Shown: piece after piece, positions 29,211 through 40,910 of the stretch
Layout of the letters: each line of letters begins with the position of its first letter
How positions within the stretch are numbered: position 1 is the first letter of the stretch
DNA from: an uncultured Bacteroidales bacterium
GTDB lineage: Bacteria > Bacteroidota > Bacteroidia > Bacteroidales > FEN-979
Direction: 5' to 3'
Assembly (NCBI GenBank): GCA_903824935.1
Contig: CAIJYT010000092.1
Location: 13,119-77,118, forward strand
Length of the DNA stretch: 64,000 nt
Made by a program: the position numbers and the translations under genes
The notes under the pieces: generated by a model
Told to the model about the DNA's origin: nothing
Seen by the model: the letters and a program-made list of their open reading frames with translations, nothing else
Database searches by the model: none

Positions 29211-32200
29211 TTATTTATTTGTGTCTTGTTGTTTATCTTGTTTCCAGGTGATCACCGAGATCCTCTGCTTCCCGTCCATGCGGATAGAAAGCGGCTGTTC
29301 AAAGTGAACGATGCTGAAATATTTAGTTTTTCTTATATTCTTTTGCTTTTTCAGTACATCATACCGGATGAAACTGTTGGAAAGCTCAGGCTGAATGCTG
29401 AAATACCCAACGTTCATGGAAGTCACATTGTGAAAGAAATGTGAACCCGAAGAAGCATCCAGGGGGAAACCCTCGAGGCTGGTCTCGACGATCACCTTTG
29501 CCTGGCTTATCTGGGGCCAGTTCACAGGTATTCCAATCCATCGGTCACGTGTGCCCCATCTGCCGGGACCTATCAGTACGTACTTCTTTTCGGCCTTGAA
29601 ATACTCATGGTTTATATGATTGATCTCTTCGGCCATCTCCTGGGTTTTTTCCTTGTCGAAAGTATCCGGATCTACAAAAACCACATCATGGATATCCTCC
29701 ACATGGCCATTACCCATCTCTTTTTCGGCAAACAGCAGGATCTCGGCAGGATTGATCTTGCTCATATCCACATTATAATCTGTAAGGTTGCCGATCAGGG
29801 GTTTGATCTGGAGCAGGTAAAATGAAGCCCTGTTCTCGTCATCCTTGTTCAGGTCAACGGCAAATTCAATCTCAACAGGGGTTCCAAGAGCTTCCTTCAC
29901 CACGTCGAGCACCACTTCCACGGTCTTTGCGAGAGGGGCGAAGTTGTATTTGAGGATATCTGCAAAATTGACGACCCTGGGTCCTGGCTGGTTCAGTCCC
30001 GGAGAGATACGGTTGTTCTCAAGGGAGTAAACCGAGGCAAGATGCTTAAGGGTTCCATGTTCTTCGGCTACATCGATATCCATCATCCGCAACCCGGCAT
30101 CTTCCCCTTCGAGCAGGTTCACGTTCTCCTTTTTAAGGTCTACAGCATAAAAATGCAGCTGCGAGCCTTTGTACTGATCCGTTGGGGTGTTTATCTCGAG
30201 GTTGGGGTATTTGGGCGAGAACCTGAAAGCCTTCTCCCCTTCCACCACGTAACGGCCAAGTCCGAGTGCAATAACCGCTACACCTTCCTCGGGTTTCATA
30301 TGTGCAAAGGGATAATAATTGTATGAATGTGCAACTCCGCTGATATGCGGGTAAAACACATCATCATACCGGTGGCCCACAACCTCCTGTATCACTACGG
30401 CCATCTTCTCCTGCTCTATCCTGTAGTTCACTGCCTCAATATACCCCTTGGCAATAGGAGAATACACCGAAGCATAGACCAGCTTGATGGCATCCATAAG
30501 CTGTTCAAGCCTTACATTGGGATCGGGATGGTTATTGGGGATGAGGTAGGTTTCGAATATCCCTGCGAAGGGCTGGTTCAGTGAATCCTCGAAGAGCCCT
30601 GAAGAACGTATGGCCAGGGGATTCCTGATGGACTTGATCACCGATTTCAGCCTCGGATCAAGGTATCGGTGAGTCTTCCGTTGATGAACCTGTGCCTCAG
30701 GAGAGTATAGTCGCTCTCGAGCAAGGCCTGTTCCCTGAGCCTGTTCCTGTCGAGGAAATACTCGAACTCCTCTGTTCCGATAATGGATGTTTTAGGGGTC
30801 CTTATATTGATATTCGGGATGATCTGCGAAAAATCATAATTATAAATAAGGGTGCTTACAAAAGCAAGTCCCCTTCCTTTCCCTCCCAGAGCACCTTCGG
30901 ATAAGGCCAGGATGTTTCTCTCATCGGCAATGGCATCTTCCTCGAAGGGAATGACCTTCCCCACATTCTGCTCGTTGCGGAAATGCTGTATCATGGTGAT
31001 GAGATACTCCCTGAGATCCTGGGGTTTCTCAAAATCGGTAACCTTGGCCGGGTTGATAATCTTTGCTGCCTGGACCTCTCCCCTGGCCATCAGCCATAAA
31101 GAAAAATGATCCTTGCGGGCATGGTAAAGCAGGGATTCCTCGGGAATGGTCTTCAGCAGGTCTTCAAACTCCTTGAGGGATTTTGCAACTGCAATCTGGC
31201 TTCCGCCGGTATCCCTGTATATAAAACTCCCGAATCCAAGGTAGTGGGTGATAAAACTGCGGAAATCGGCCAGAAGGGTTTCTGAATTCTTATTGATGAA
31301 GGATGTCTTGAGTTCGTATGCCTGCTGGGCGTTCATGTTATCGGCCGACTGCAGTATGATTGGTAGTTCTTTCAGCTCTTTCCTTGTCTGTTTTACCAGG
31401 GAGAAACCTGCAGTTTCGTTCAGCCTTCCGTCTTTATTGAATTTCACATCAGAGATCAGGCAAAGGATGTATTCCTTGTACTTATGAAAGATATAAAGGG
31501 CTTCCTCGTAGGTGGATGCCAGAAGTATCTTGGGCCTGGCCTTGAGACGGAGAATGCGGTAAAGCTCATCGGTAGTCACATCTTCAATAATGGTCTTGGT
31601 CTGCTCCAGCACAATATTATACAGCATCGGGAGATACAGCGAATAATAGCTCGGTGAATCTTCAACGAGCAGTATCACCCTCACCATACCGATATTCGTG
31701 TCGTTTTCAACGTTCACCTTGTCTTCAAGGTAGTTGATCATTGCGAAGAATATCTTCGAATCCCCGTTCCAGACAAAGACCCTGTCGATCCATGTCAAAC
31801 GTTCAGGGGCATTATCGAACAAATGGATATCGGTATTGCTGTTCAGCAGCAGGAAAACCGGGATATACTGGTATAGGTCCTTGATCTTCCTGCTGAGTTC
31901 TACAGGGAATTGCTTATCAACCCCCATCATAATTATTACGAGGTCGTAATGTTTGGAACCAAGCTGCTCCATGACTTCCTCGGTGCTGGAAACCCCGGTG
32001 ATACGCGGCATGGTTGAGAGGCTGAGCTGGTAGAACTCGCCCAGCACGTGTTCCGAAAACCTTCCTTCCTTTTCAATGCTGTATGCATCGTAAAGGTTGG
32101 CAACCAGAAGTATCTCCCTCACCTTAAAAGGCATGAGGTCGTGGTAGAGGTCTCGGTTGTAGTTCGTCCTGTTGAGGAAGGTATGCAGAAGCTTGCGGCT

Positions 32201-33097
32201 GGCCCTGGTTTCCTGTTCAGAATCGGACCTGGGGCCCTGGGCCATGGCAAAGCCGCTTTTGCGCATTATCGCCTTCCCTTTTACGCTGTTAAGGTAGCCT
32301 GTGACAAGATTGGCAAGGTTGATGATCAGGTAACGCTCTTCTTCAAGGAAAGGCCCCTCAAACGCAAGGGGAAAAGCTTTAAGATAGAATATTTCAATGG
32401 ATCCGACCTGGCTGTCGATAGTCTCGAACAACTGCCGCTGGCACCATTTGGTTTCGCTGAAATTCTGGCTGGTGATCTCAATCTTACCGTACCTGATGCG
32501 GCATACAGCATTTTCGGGGAATTGCCAGGCCGAAGGAAGTATCATACAGACCTGGTGAAGCGCTTCTTCAACAGGGCGGCCGGCCCTGAGGATGTTGGTG
32601 GTCTGGTTGATGGCCGAAAGCTCTTTCAGTCTTTCCTTTGTGATATAACGGCCTTCACGCCCTTTGACCCCGTTGAGGAAACCCTCAATAAGGCTGGCCA
32701 TGTTCAGGATGAGATTCCTTTCTTCCTTCATGAAAGGACCTTCATCGCTGGCTGGAAATTCTTTTGTGTAAAAAATTTCTATGGTGCCGGTAAGCCCGTC
32801 AATGCTCTCAAATACCTGTTTCAGGCACCATTGGGTTTCGGTAAACTCCTGGGTGGTAACATCTGTTTCATCATACCTTATCCTGGCCGCAGTATACTCA
32901 GGGTACTGCCAGGCTTTGGGAATGATCGAACAGATTTCGTAAAAAGTTTCCTGTATTGGTTTATTCTTTTTCAGGATGGCTGTGGTGGCATTTAAAGCTG
33001 CAAGCTCTTTAAGCCTCTCCCGGTTGTCGTATACCAGACGGTCCAGATCGATATTTTCAGACAGATTATTCTTGTTGCCGTTACCCGGATCATCCAT
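29211..33097 (-). pseudogene. Receiver + PEP-synthase-like protein, paralog B, with two N-terminal GAF-like repeats; split by a 1-nt frameshift near 30653 (pseudogene or sequence error)
   Basis: ORFs 30647-33097 and 29211-30641 are in different frames; adding one base gives FINGRLTDTLIRRLKSVIKSIRNPLAIRSS, colinear with paralog A, and a 1295-aa protein. Confidence 0.8.
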
Positions 33098-33118
33098 AAA
33101 CCAATAGGATTAAGGCTT

Positions 33119-33302
33119 CAAAGGTATAGAAATCTTCATTCCGTTTTGAAGCAGAATCCGCAATTTTAGCACATTACGGAATATCCTTACCCGCGGTACG
33201 TGTTTCCCTTACTGTCAATAAGTAAAATGCCGGTTTTATGGTAAATTCTTCAATAATATTTTTCCGCCCACTGATTTCGGGTTGATGAGGTAAGTACATT
33301 TG
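33119..33302. promoter_or_regulatory. Divergent promoter region (paralog B operon / gdhA)
   Basis: TACCTTTG on the minus strand at 33119-33126; TACATTTG on the plus strand at 33295-33302; TTACT-N7-AGTAA palindrome at 33209-33225. Confidence 0.55.
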
Positions 33303-33338
33303 CTCATTATTGTGAAACTATTAACATTCATATATTAA

Positions 33339-34700
<1,362 letters not shown>

Positions 34701-34726
34701 ACTACCAGATGTTCATTTTGATTCAG

Positions 34727-34751
34727 AAAAGGCGCCTCACGGCGCCTTTTT
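34727..34751. terminator. Bidirectional intrinsic terminator
   Basis: AAAAGGCGCC-tcac-GGCGCCTTTTT between convergent genes. Confidence 0.85.
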
Positions 34752-34797
34752 CGTGACTCGTGAACCGTGAACCGGATCACGAGTCACGGTTCACGGT
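34751..34797. repeat. Heptamer inverted element (CGTGAMY arm / RKTCACG arm)
   Basis: cgtgact cgtgaac cgtgaac cg-ga-tcacg agtcacg gttcacg; encodes the terminal TVNRDS* of the 34777 gene. Confidence 0.85.
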
Positions 34798-36006
34798 AAA
34801 GAGGATGGCGTTGAAGAACGCATACCACACCACTCCCGCCTGTTCTTCAAGCATTGATTCTGAAACGATGTTCACCGAGAACAAAAGAATGAAAACAAAG
34901 TAAAGGTAGTAGCGGTTCCGGAAGGAAGCAACCATCGGGAGGATCAGCATCAGCAGAAGCGCTAGAATACCCGGCAGACCCAGGGTCAGAAAAGTCTGCA
35001 GGAACTGGTTGTGCGCGTTCAACCTGAATTCCAAGGCATGTTCAATGTTCTTTTCCTTATACTGTTCGATCAGCCGGTCTTTCACATCACCGGTACCAAC
35101 TCCAAACCACAGGTTCGACTTAATGATTTCAAAAGAAGCCTTCCATATTTCAACCCGGTCGGATGTGCTTTTTGATGTTTCAGGAGGAGCCATACCGGCA
35201 ATGGTTTCTGTGCTTGCAGCCACCCTGGCTGAAGTACCTGAAAACACATGCAATCCGGCCCACATCAGGATCAAAGTAAGGATGAGCAATCCAAGACCTC
35301 CAAAGACTTTCCTTTGCCTGAAAACGAGTTCCGCCGAAGCAAGAACTGCGATCATGACCATGCATAACAGGCCCATCTTGGAACTCAGGAGAAATATAAA
35401 TACAAAAAACCAGGCAAGTAAGAAGAAAAACGTGAAGGAAGGTCGTGAGGAAGAACGTAAAGAAAAAGCTGAAAGGAGTTCGATGATGATGAAAGCCATG
35501 GCAAAATCCAGGTACATGGCGAAATAGCTCGGATGGAAGTACCATCCGAGCTTCATATAATAGAAAGATCCCGGGATGTTTTCCTGCCACAAAACAACTG
35601 CATGCCCCAGTAATAATAAGGAACCCGTCACACAGCCTGCGACATACCACAGCATCATAAGCCGGAGCCGCTTTGAATCCAGGAATCCAAAATCCGCAGT
35701 CGAAAAAACAAGAGGAAAAATCAGGAGTGAAAGTTTCACCTCCAGGTCAAACCATGCATAGGAGAAGTTGCTGGTATACAGCAGCCCGATGACATACAGG
35801 ATATATATTCCCGCAAACAACAGGGTGTTTCTGCGGCTTTTTACACTGAATAATGCAGGTAGGGTCTTAATATAATCGCCCGAAAGCAGCCAGTTCAGGA
35901 TAAAGATCACGATGATGGTTGGGATGAGTTTTCCCCAGACCGGCAGCATGAATGCAATTCCCAGGCAGGAGTACCAATAGATATGCTGATGAATCTTTTT
36001 ACGCAT
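34777..36006 (-). CDS. O-antigen ligase (WaaL/Wzy_C) family membrane protein
   Basis: Multi-TM; HPSY, RVEIW, FGVGTG, NAHNQFLQ..G..G motifs; start at MRKKIH overlaps the upstream stop. Confidence 0.85.
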   Translation of the reverse strand: MRKKIHQHIYWYSCLGIAFMLPVWGKLIPTIIVIFILNWLLSGDYIKTLPALFSVKSRRNTLLFAGIYILYVIGLLYTSNFSYAWFDLEVKLSLLIFPLVFSTADFGFLDSKRLRLMMLWYVAGCVTGSLLLLGHAVVLWQENIPGSFYYMKLGWYFHPSYFAMYLDFAMAFIIIELLSAFSLRSSSRPSFTFFFLLAWFFVFIFLLSSKMGLLCMVMIAVLASAELVFRQRKVFGGLGLLILTLILMWAGLHVFSGTSARVAASTETIAGMAPPETSKSTSDRVEIWKASFEIIKSNLWFGVGTGDVKDRLIEQYKEKNIEHALEFRLNAHNQFLQTFLTLGLPGILALLLMLILPMVASFRNRYYLYFVFILLFSVNIVSESMLEEQAGVVWYAFFNAILFTVNRDS

Positions 36007-37216
36007 TGAGGCGGTTCCAGAAATCGTTAACAATTAGTGTGGGATTGAATTCTTTGAGCAGGTAATTGTACCCGTTGATTCCGAATTCAATCCTTTCCTG
36101 CGGGTGCGAATAGAGGTATAGCGCCTTTGCAGCAAGATCTTCAGCATCTTCAGGAGTGAAAGCAAGCCCGGCCCTGCCGGTTTCGATGAGCAACTCCTTT
36201 GCCTCTCCTTCAACACCGAGCAATAAAGGTTTTTTTAAGGCCAGGTTCTCGAAGATCTTTGAAGGGATGGCTCCTTTGAAAAGGTCAAGTCTCTTAAGCG
36301 GGATCACCGCGGCGTCTGATATACTGATGAAGGGGATGACCTCTTTCTTAGGCCTGCTGTCAAAAAAGTACACATTGCAAAGGGTTTCAGATGCTTTCAG
36401 CCTGAGAAGTTTTTCTTTTTCGGGGCCGCTGCCCATGATCAGGAATTTAATATCCGGGTATGAGCGCAGCTTTCCGGCAGCCTGCAGTATAACTTCCAAC
36501 CCCTGGGCAAACCCCAGTATGCCGGCATACAGCAGCAGGAAGTCGCCCTGGCTGAACCCCAGTTTTTCGCGAAGTCCTTCTTCTGCGGCATAAGGCTCAA
36601 GTTCTTTAGCCTCAACCCCGTTCTTCAGCCAGAATACATTTTTTTGAGGGAAACGTGAAGAAATATTCCGGACTATCCCTTTGGTCTGCCCTGTAACCAT
36701 GAATGATTTGCGGTAAAGAAAACGTTCAAGCCATGAAGTGATGCCAAGCAGGAAACGGTTTGTGACCAGGCCCAGCTTTTCGGCACTTTCAGGCCAGAGG
36801 TCCGAAACATTGAAGATCAGCCTGGCGCCTTTAAATACTTTCAGGAGGTAAGCCGAAATCCCAAGGAACAAAGGAGGGGATTCACATAATATATAATCAA
36901 ACTTCCCGGTGCGGAACACACCGGCCAGGAAGGAAGTGAAAACAAAACTGAAATAGTTAAGCAGCCTTGGAAAAATCGCCTTGCTCGTCCCGACATAGAT
37001 CCAGGCCCTGTGTATTTTTAGCCCCTGTACATCTTCTGAAATATAAAACCTGCCCCTGTAGCCTTCATGTATCTTCATCTCGGGGTAATTCGGCATGGCT
37101 GTCAGAACTTCCACCGTCGCGCCCTTTTTCATGAGCTGCATTGCCCATTGCAAAAGCCGGCTCTGCGGAGCCCCGGTCTCCGGAATAAAATACTGGCTGA
37201 TGATTAGGATCCTCAT
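35999..37216 (-). CDS. GT4 glycosyltransferase (WbuB-like)
   Basis: MRILIISQYFIPETGA, PNYP, ESPPLF, DLWPES and IPSKIFE motifs. Confidence 0.9.
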   Translation of the reverse strand: MRILIISQYFIPETGAPQSRLLQWAMQLMKKGATVEVLTAMPNYPEMKIHEGYRGRFYISEDVQGLKIHRAWIYVGTSKAIFPRLLNYFSFVFTSFLAGVFRTGKFDYILCESPPLFLGISAYLLKVFKGARLIFNVSDLWPESAEKLGLVTNRFLLGITSWLERFLYRKSFMVTGQTKGIVRNISSRFPQKNVFWLKNGVEAKELEPYAAEEGLREKLGFSQGDFLLLYAGILGFAQGLEVILQAAGKLRSYPDIKFLIMGSGPEKEKLLRLKASETLCNVYFFDSRPKKEVIPFISISDAAVIPLKRLDLFKGAIPSKIFENLALKKPLLLGVEGEAKELLIETGRAGLAFTPEDAEDLAAKALYLYSHPQERIEFGINGYNYLLKEFNPTLIVNDFWNRLNA

Positions 37217-37256
37217 GAAATTCTGTTTTCTGATCAGCCCGGGATGACCCGCTTGC

Positions 37257-38342
37257 CTAAAACGCGCCCTCGGGTTTTTCTTCCGGCGATTTGAAACCTT
37301 TTTTGAAATAAGGTTTCGGCCTGAGTATCTTATTGAAGGAGAAATACTGTATAAGCACAAAGTCTTTCCCGTCGTTCACCATGGCATACAAACGGTCGGG
37401 ATCATATGGCAGAATGCGGCCCTGGTAATCCTTCTGTCCGAAGAGATTAGGTTTGTGGTAGGTCTTAACTACCCAGGTTTTATTCAAAGTGTCGGTAAGT
37501 GTGATGATGATGAACGGATGGCTTGAGAGTACCGAATCGCGGGTGTGCTTGTCCATATCATTCAAAAAGGCTTCAAAATTCAAGCTCCTGAAGCCCGAAA
37601 GGAAATTAAGGACCTTCAGCGTATCCAGGTCAGGCATGGGTTTGTTATCCGAAAGAGAGATAAAGCTTTTAAGCCTGCCTTTGTCAAGGGCAACCTCGAA
37701 AGAGTAATCGGGATTGTCGGGCACGTCGAACTTCACTGTTCTGATCTCTTCAATATTTGTCCTGAATACGGTAAGGTCCCTCCAATATTTCTCTATTGTA
37801 CTGTACCGCGGTGTGACAAACCCCCTGAGGCCGGGGAGGTAGATCACATAAGGTTCTTCGGAGTTCTCCATCAGGGCGTAATTGGCCTGGTTGTCGGGCG
37901 TGGCCCCTCCTATATAATATACCTTGGTTAGTTTCTCATGAGGGAACCACCTGAGGCCCAGGAAATCGATACGGTAAACCACCTGGTAAACCTCAACCTT
38001 CACTCCGTTAACAGCCAGGTGTTTTACAATGGTATTGTATGCAGCAACAGCTACAGGCGCCTTGACCTGTATATCCGACATGGTTTTCAGCATCATGTCG
38101 ATATTGAACTTCAACGCAGGGTAAGCGTCGTTGAGAACCCAGTTGCCTGTTTGGGTCCTCGTAAGTTTAACCGAGTTGTTGTTCTTGTCCGACATGAAGA
38201 TCTTGGTCACCGTAGAGGTGTCGGCAACCGCAAAATCGCTCATCGAGCGCCTGAATGTATTGGACGAATTGGTAAACACCAGGACCAGGGCTACAACTGC
38301 CAGCAGGATCACGAGTATAACGATGTACCTGTTTTTCTTCAT
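37257..38342 (-). CDS. Membrane-anchored protein downstream of gldG (DUF4340-like)
   Basis: N-terminal TM anchor; W.LN..Y motif; position typical of GldFG-type ABC operons. Confidence 0.65.
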   Translation of the reverse strand: MKKNRYIVILVILLAVVALVLVFTNSSNTFRRSMSDFAVADTSTVTKIFMSDKNNNSVKLTRTQTGNWVLNDAYPALKFNIDMMLKTMSDIQVKAPVAVAAYNTIVKHLAVNGVKVEVYQVVYRIDFLGLRWFPHEKLTKVYYIGGATPDNQANYALMENSEEPYVIYLPGLRGFVTPRYSTIEKYWRDLTVFRTNIEEIRTVKFDVPDNPDYSFEVALDKGRLKSFISLSDNKPMPDLDTLKVLNFLSGFRSLNFEAFLNDMDKHTRDSVLSSHPFIIITLTDTLNKTWVVKTYHKPNLFGQKDYQGRILPYDPDRLYAMVNDGKDFVLIQYFSFNKILRPKPYFKKGFKSPEEKPEGAF

Positions 38343-38359
38343 ATGTTGGGTAAGGCTTT

Positions 38360-40117
38360 TTATATGGATTTACGGGCATACTTCATCTGGCGAATACGGA
38401 GTCTTACAAGGGCAAATACAAGGATAAGGAATACCGGCAGGGTTATGTTCAGGAGCTTCCAGAACAGTCCCTCGCTTTCCACTTTTTTCATATCCAGCAG
38501 CCTCATTTTCAGTTCACGCGAACGCACGGTGATCAGTCCCGATTCATCGGTAAGGTAATTCATTGCGTTGAGGATGAAATCCCGGTTCCCGAAGGTCTCC
38601 CGGGTCCATTGGTCATATCCCATCGGCAGGGGGTAACCTTCTTTCAGATTGAACTGGTTCTTCACGATATCCCCGTCGCCTACGATGATCATTTTAGTAG
38701 GCTTGCTCTTATTCCTGAATTCAAGCCCTTGATTTTCTGAAAGTTCGGGAGGTATCCTGAATATATAGGATGAAGTAAACTCACCTTCGAGCAGGACAGC
38801 CACAGGGAAAGGCCCCCTGTTAAAAAGTCTTTCATCAGGCTGTTCCTTCAGCATCTCCAGGTCAACAAGCACCGGTGCGTTTACAGTATAAGAATAAGGG
38901 GATGAAGTAAGTATGACTTGTTTCTTTATACCCGGTGCCTGCACGGTATCCACAGTGCTGATGAATTCGCTTTTGATAGCGTTCAGCCCATGAACAATAG
39001 GGTGATTGATGGTGGGCGTGAGCAGGGGGAAATAAAACCACCTGAAAAAAGTGAATTGAGGCTGGTTGCCAATCTGGCCTGTCTTCAGGGGGATGGGCAT
39101 CGATGACATGTCCAATACGAGGTTGCCGTTAAGGCGGGCGCCGTATGCATACAGCATGTCCTCAAGGTTCACATCCATTGTTACACCCATGGTTGAATTG
39201 TATTTTTCGAGGCTGTCCCAGGGAGTGTATACCGGGTCGATAAGCCAGAGAGTTTTGCCACCGCGCATAATGAACTGGTCGATCAGGAATTTGTCTTTTT
39301 CATCAAATGGCTTGGTGGGCTTTGCAATGATAAGGGCTTTGTATTTGTTGGCAAGCCTGGAGTGAAGCGAATCCATCTTCACCCTTAAAGTCAGTGCATT
39401 GATCTTATGGTTAATAGTCACCCTTTCGACATTATAAAACTGTGAAAGGGAACGTTCAAGATCATAGGTCTCCATGTCGGATAGTTCGCCCTGCCCTTCG
39501 AGTATGGCAATGGTAGGCTTTATGATCCTGGTCAGCACCGACATGGCGCTTGCAAGATTGTATTCGAGCGACTGCACCGAATTGTTCAGCATCATCTCCG
39601 GGTCTTCTCCGTGGGCGGAGCCTGTAAGCAGTTGCACCGGTGTATCATGCCCGCGGTAAGTCACAATGGCCCCCGGGAATATCACAAGCTGCGATGACTG
39701 CCCTTTTTTATTGACCCTTAATCTTGTAGGCTGAAGGCCTTTCTCCGTAAGGCTGCGGTAGGCAAGGTTCCTGTCTTTTTCGTCGGCGATGGCGCTGAGG
39801 TCTACGAACTGGTATTGAACGAATTTGCTGTAAGCTCTGAATTCATCAAGCATTTCCCTTGTTTCGTTTGCCAGGCGTTGGAAGGCAGGAGGCAGGTCGC
39901 CCGAAAGATACACCTTGAAAAACATCACATCGTCGAGATGTTTTACTACTTTTTTAGTGGCAGGGGCCAGGGAATATCGTTTTTCGGAAGTCAGGTCAAA
40001 ACGGGTAAACACGTAGCCCGAAATGATATTGATGAGGGTAATAACAACCATCACCAGCAACAGCTGTATAATGTTGTTTTTCCTGATATCTTTTTTCTTT
40101 TCGTTCACTTTCTCCAT
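38360..40117 (-). CDS. gldG: Gliding-associated ABC transporter auxiliary protein GldG
   Basis: RFDLTSEKRYSL, IDQFIMRGGK, GDGD and GNRDFILNAMNYL motifs. Confidence 0.92.
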   Translation of the reverse strand: MEKVNEKKKDIRKNNIIQLLLVMVVITLINIISGYVFTRFDLTSEKRYSLAPATKKVVKHLDDVMFFKVYLSGDLPPAFQRLANETREMLDEFRAYSKFVQYQFVDLSAIADEKDRNLAYRSLTEKGLQPTRLRVNKKGQSSQLVIFPGAIVTYRGHDTPVQLLTGSAHGEDPEMMLNNSVQSLEYNLASAMSVLTRIIKPTIAILEGQGELSDMETYDLERSLSQFYNVERVTINHKINALTLRVKMDSLHSRLANKYKALIIAKPTKPFDEKDKFLIDQFIMRGGKTLWLIDPVYTPWDSLEKYNSTMGVTMDVNLEDMLYAYGARLNGNLVLDMSSMPIPLKTGQIGNQPQFTFFRWFYFPLLTPTINHPIVHGLNAIKSEFISTVDTVQAPGIKKQVILTSSPYSYTVNAPVLVDLEMLKEQPDERLFNRGPFPVAVLLEGEFTSSYIFRIPPELSENQGLEFRNKSKPTKMIIVGDGDIVKNQFNLKEGYPLPMGYDQWTRETFGNRDFILNAMNYLTDESGLITVRSRELKMRLLDMKKVESEGLFWKLLNITLPVFLILVFALVRLRIRQMKYARKSI

Positions 40118-40121
40118 GGCT

Positions 40122-40853
40122 TTACCATTTTCTGCTTTCCAGTGAAAGTTTGGTTAAAAAAACGAAAAGGGCTGTCACACTAACGAAATATATCAGGTCA
40201 CGGGTGTCAATCACGCCACGGCTCATCGAGGAATAATGCGCATTAAGCCCGAGCCCCTGTACCATGAGCCCGGTTTTACCTGAAAGGATAAATGAGTAAA
40301 TGAAATCAAATCCGAGGTAAAGAAAAAAACAGAGGATGAGCGAAATGACAAAGGCAACAACCTGGTTATCGGTAAGCGAGGATGAGAATATGCCAACCGC
40401 CACGAAACTCATCCCCAGGAACATCAGTCCGGTATAGGAGCCCCATATGCTCCCCGAATCAAGATTCCCCGGGGGCATTCCCAGTTTATATACCGAGAAA
40501 TAATAAACCAGGGTGGGGAGCAATGAGAAGATCACCAGCACCAGTCCGGCGAAAAACTTGGCCAGGATGATCTGGAGGTCGGTGAGAGGCTGTGTCATCA
40601 GCAATTCCAGGGTCCCGCTTTTTTTCTCATCGGCGAAGGAACGCATGGTGATGGCAGGTATCAGGAACAGGAAAACAAAGGGCCCGAGTATGAACAATCC
40701 GTCGAGATTGGCATACCCGAAGTCCAGTATATTGAACTGCATAGGGAACACCCAGAGGAACAATCCTGTCATCAGCAAAAAAACCACGATGACAATATAA
40801 CCGATAAGTGAACTTAAAAATCCGTTGATTTCTTTCTTGAACAGCGTGTACAT
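40122..40853 (-). CDS. gldF: Gliding-associated ABC permease GldF
   Basis: KKEINGF, IPAITMRSFADEKKSGTLELL, TDNQ and RGVIDTRD motifs. Confidence 0.93.
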   Translation of the reverse strand: MYTLFKKEINGFLSSLIGYIVIVVFLLMTGLFLWVFPMQFNILDFGYANLDGLFILGPFVFLFLIPAITMRSFADEKKSGTLELLMTQPLTDLQIILAKFFAGLVLVIFSLLPTLVYYFSVYKLGMPPGNLDSGSIWGSYTGLMFLGMSFVAVGIFSSSLTDNQVVAFVISLILCFFLYLGFDFIYSFILSGKTGLMVQGLGLNAHYSSMSRGVIDTRDLIYFVSVTALFVFLTKLSLESRKW

Positions 40854-40910
40854 TTTTCCGCTTTGAGGGTTGCAAAGTTACGATTTTTTCGTTTTTCTTA
40901 TATTTGGCGT

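Noticed and set aside
30647..30649. TGA as selenocysteine or stop readthrough
   Set aside because: A second in-frame TGA follows two codons later and the homologous continuation is in another frame
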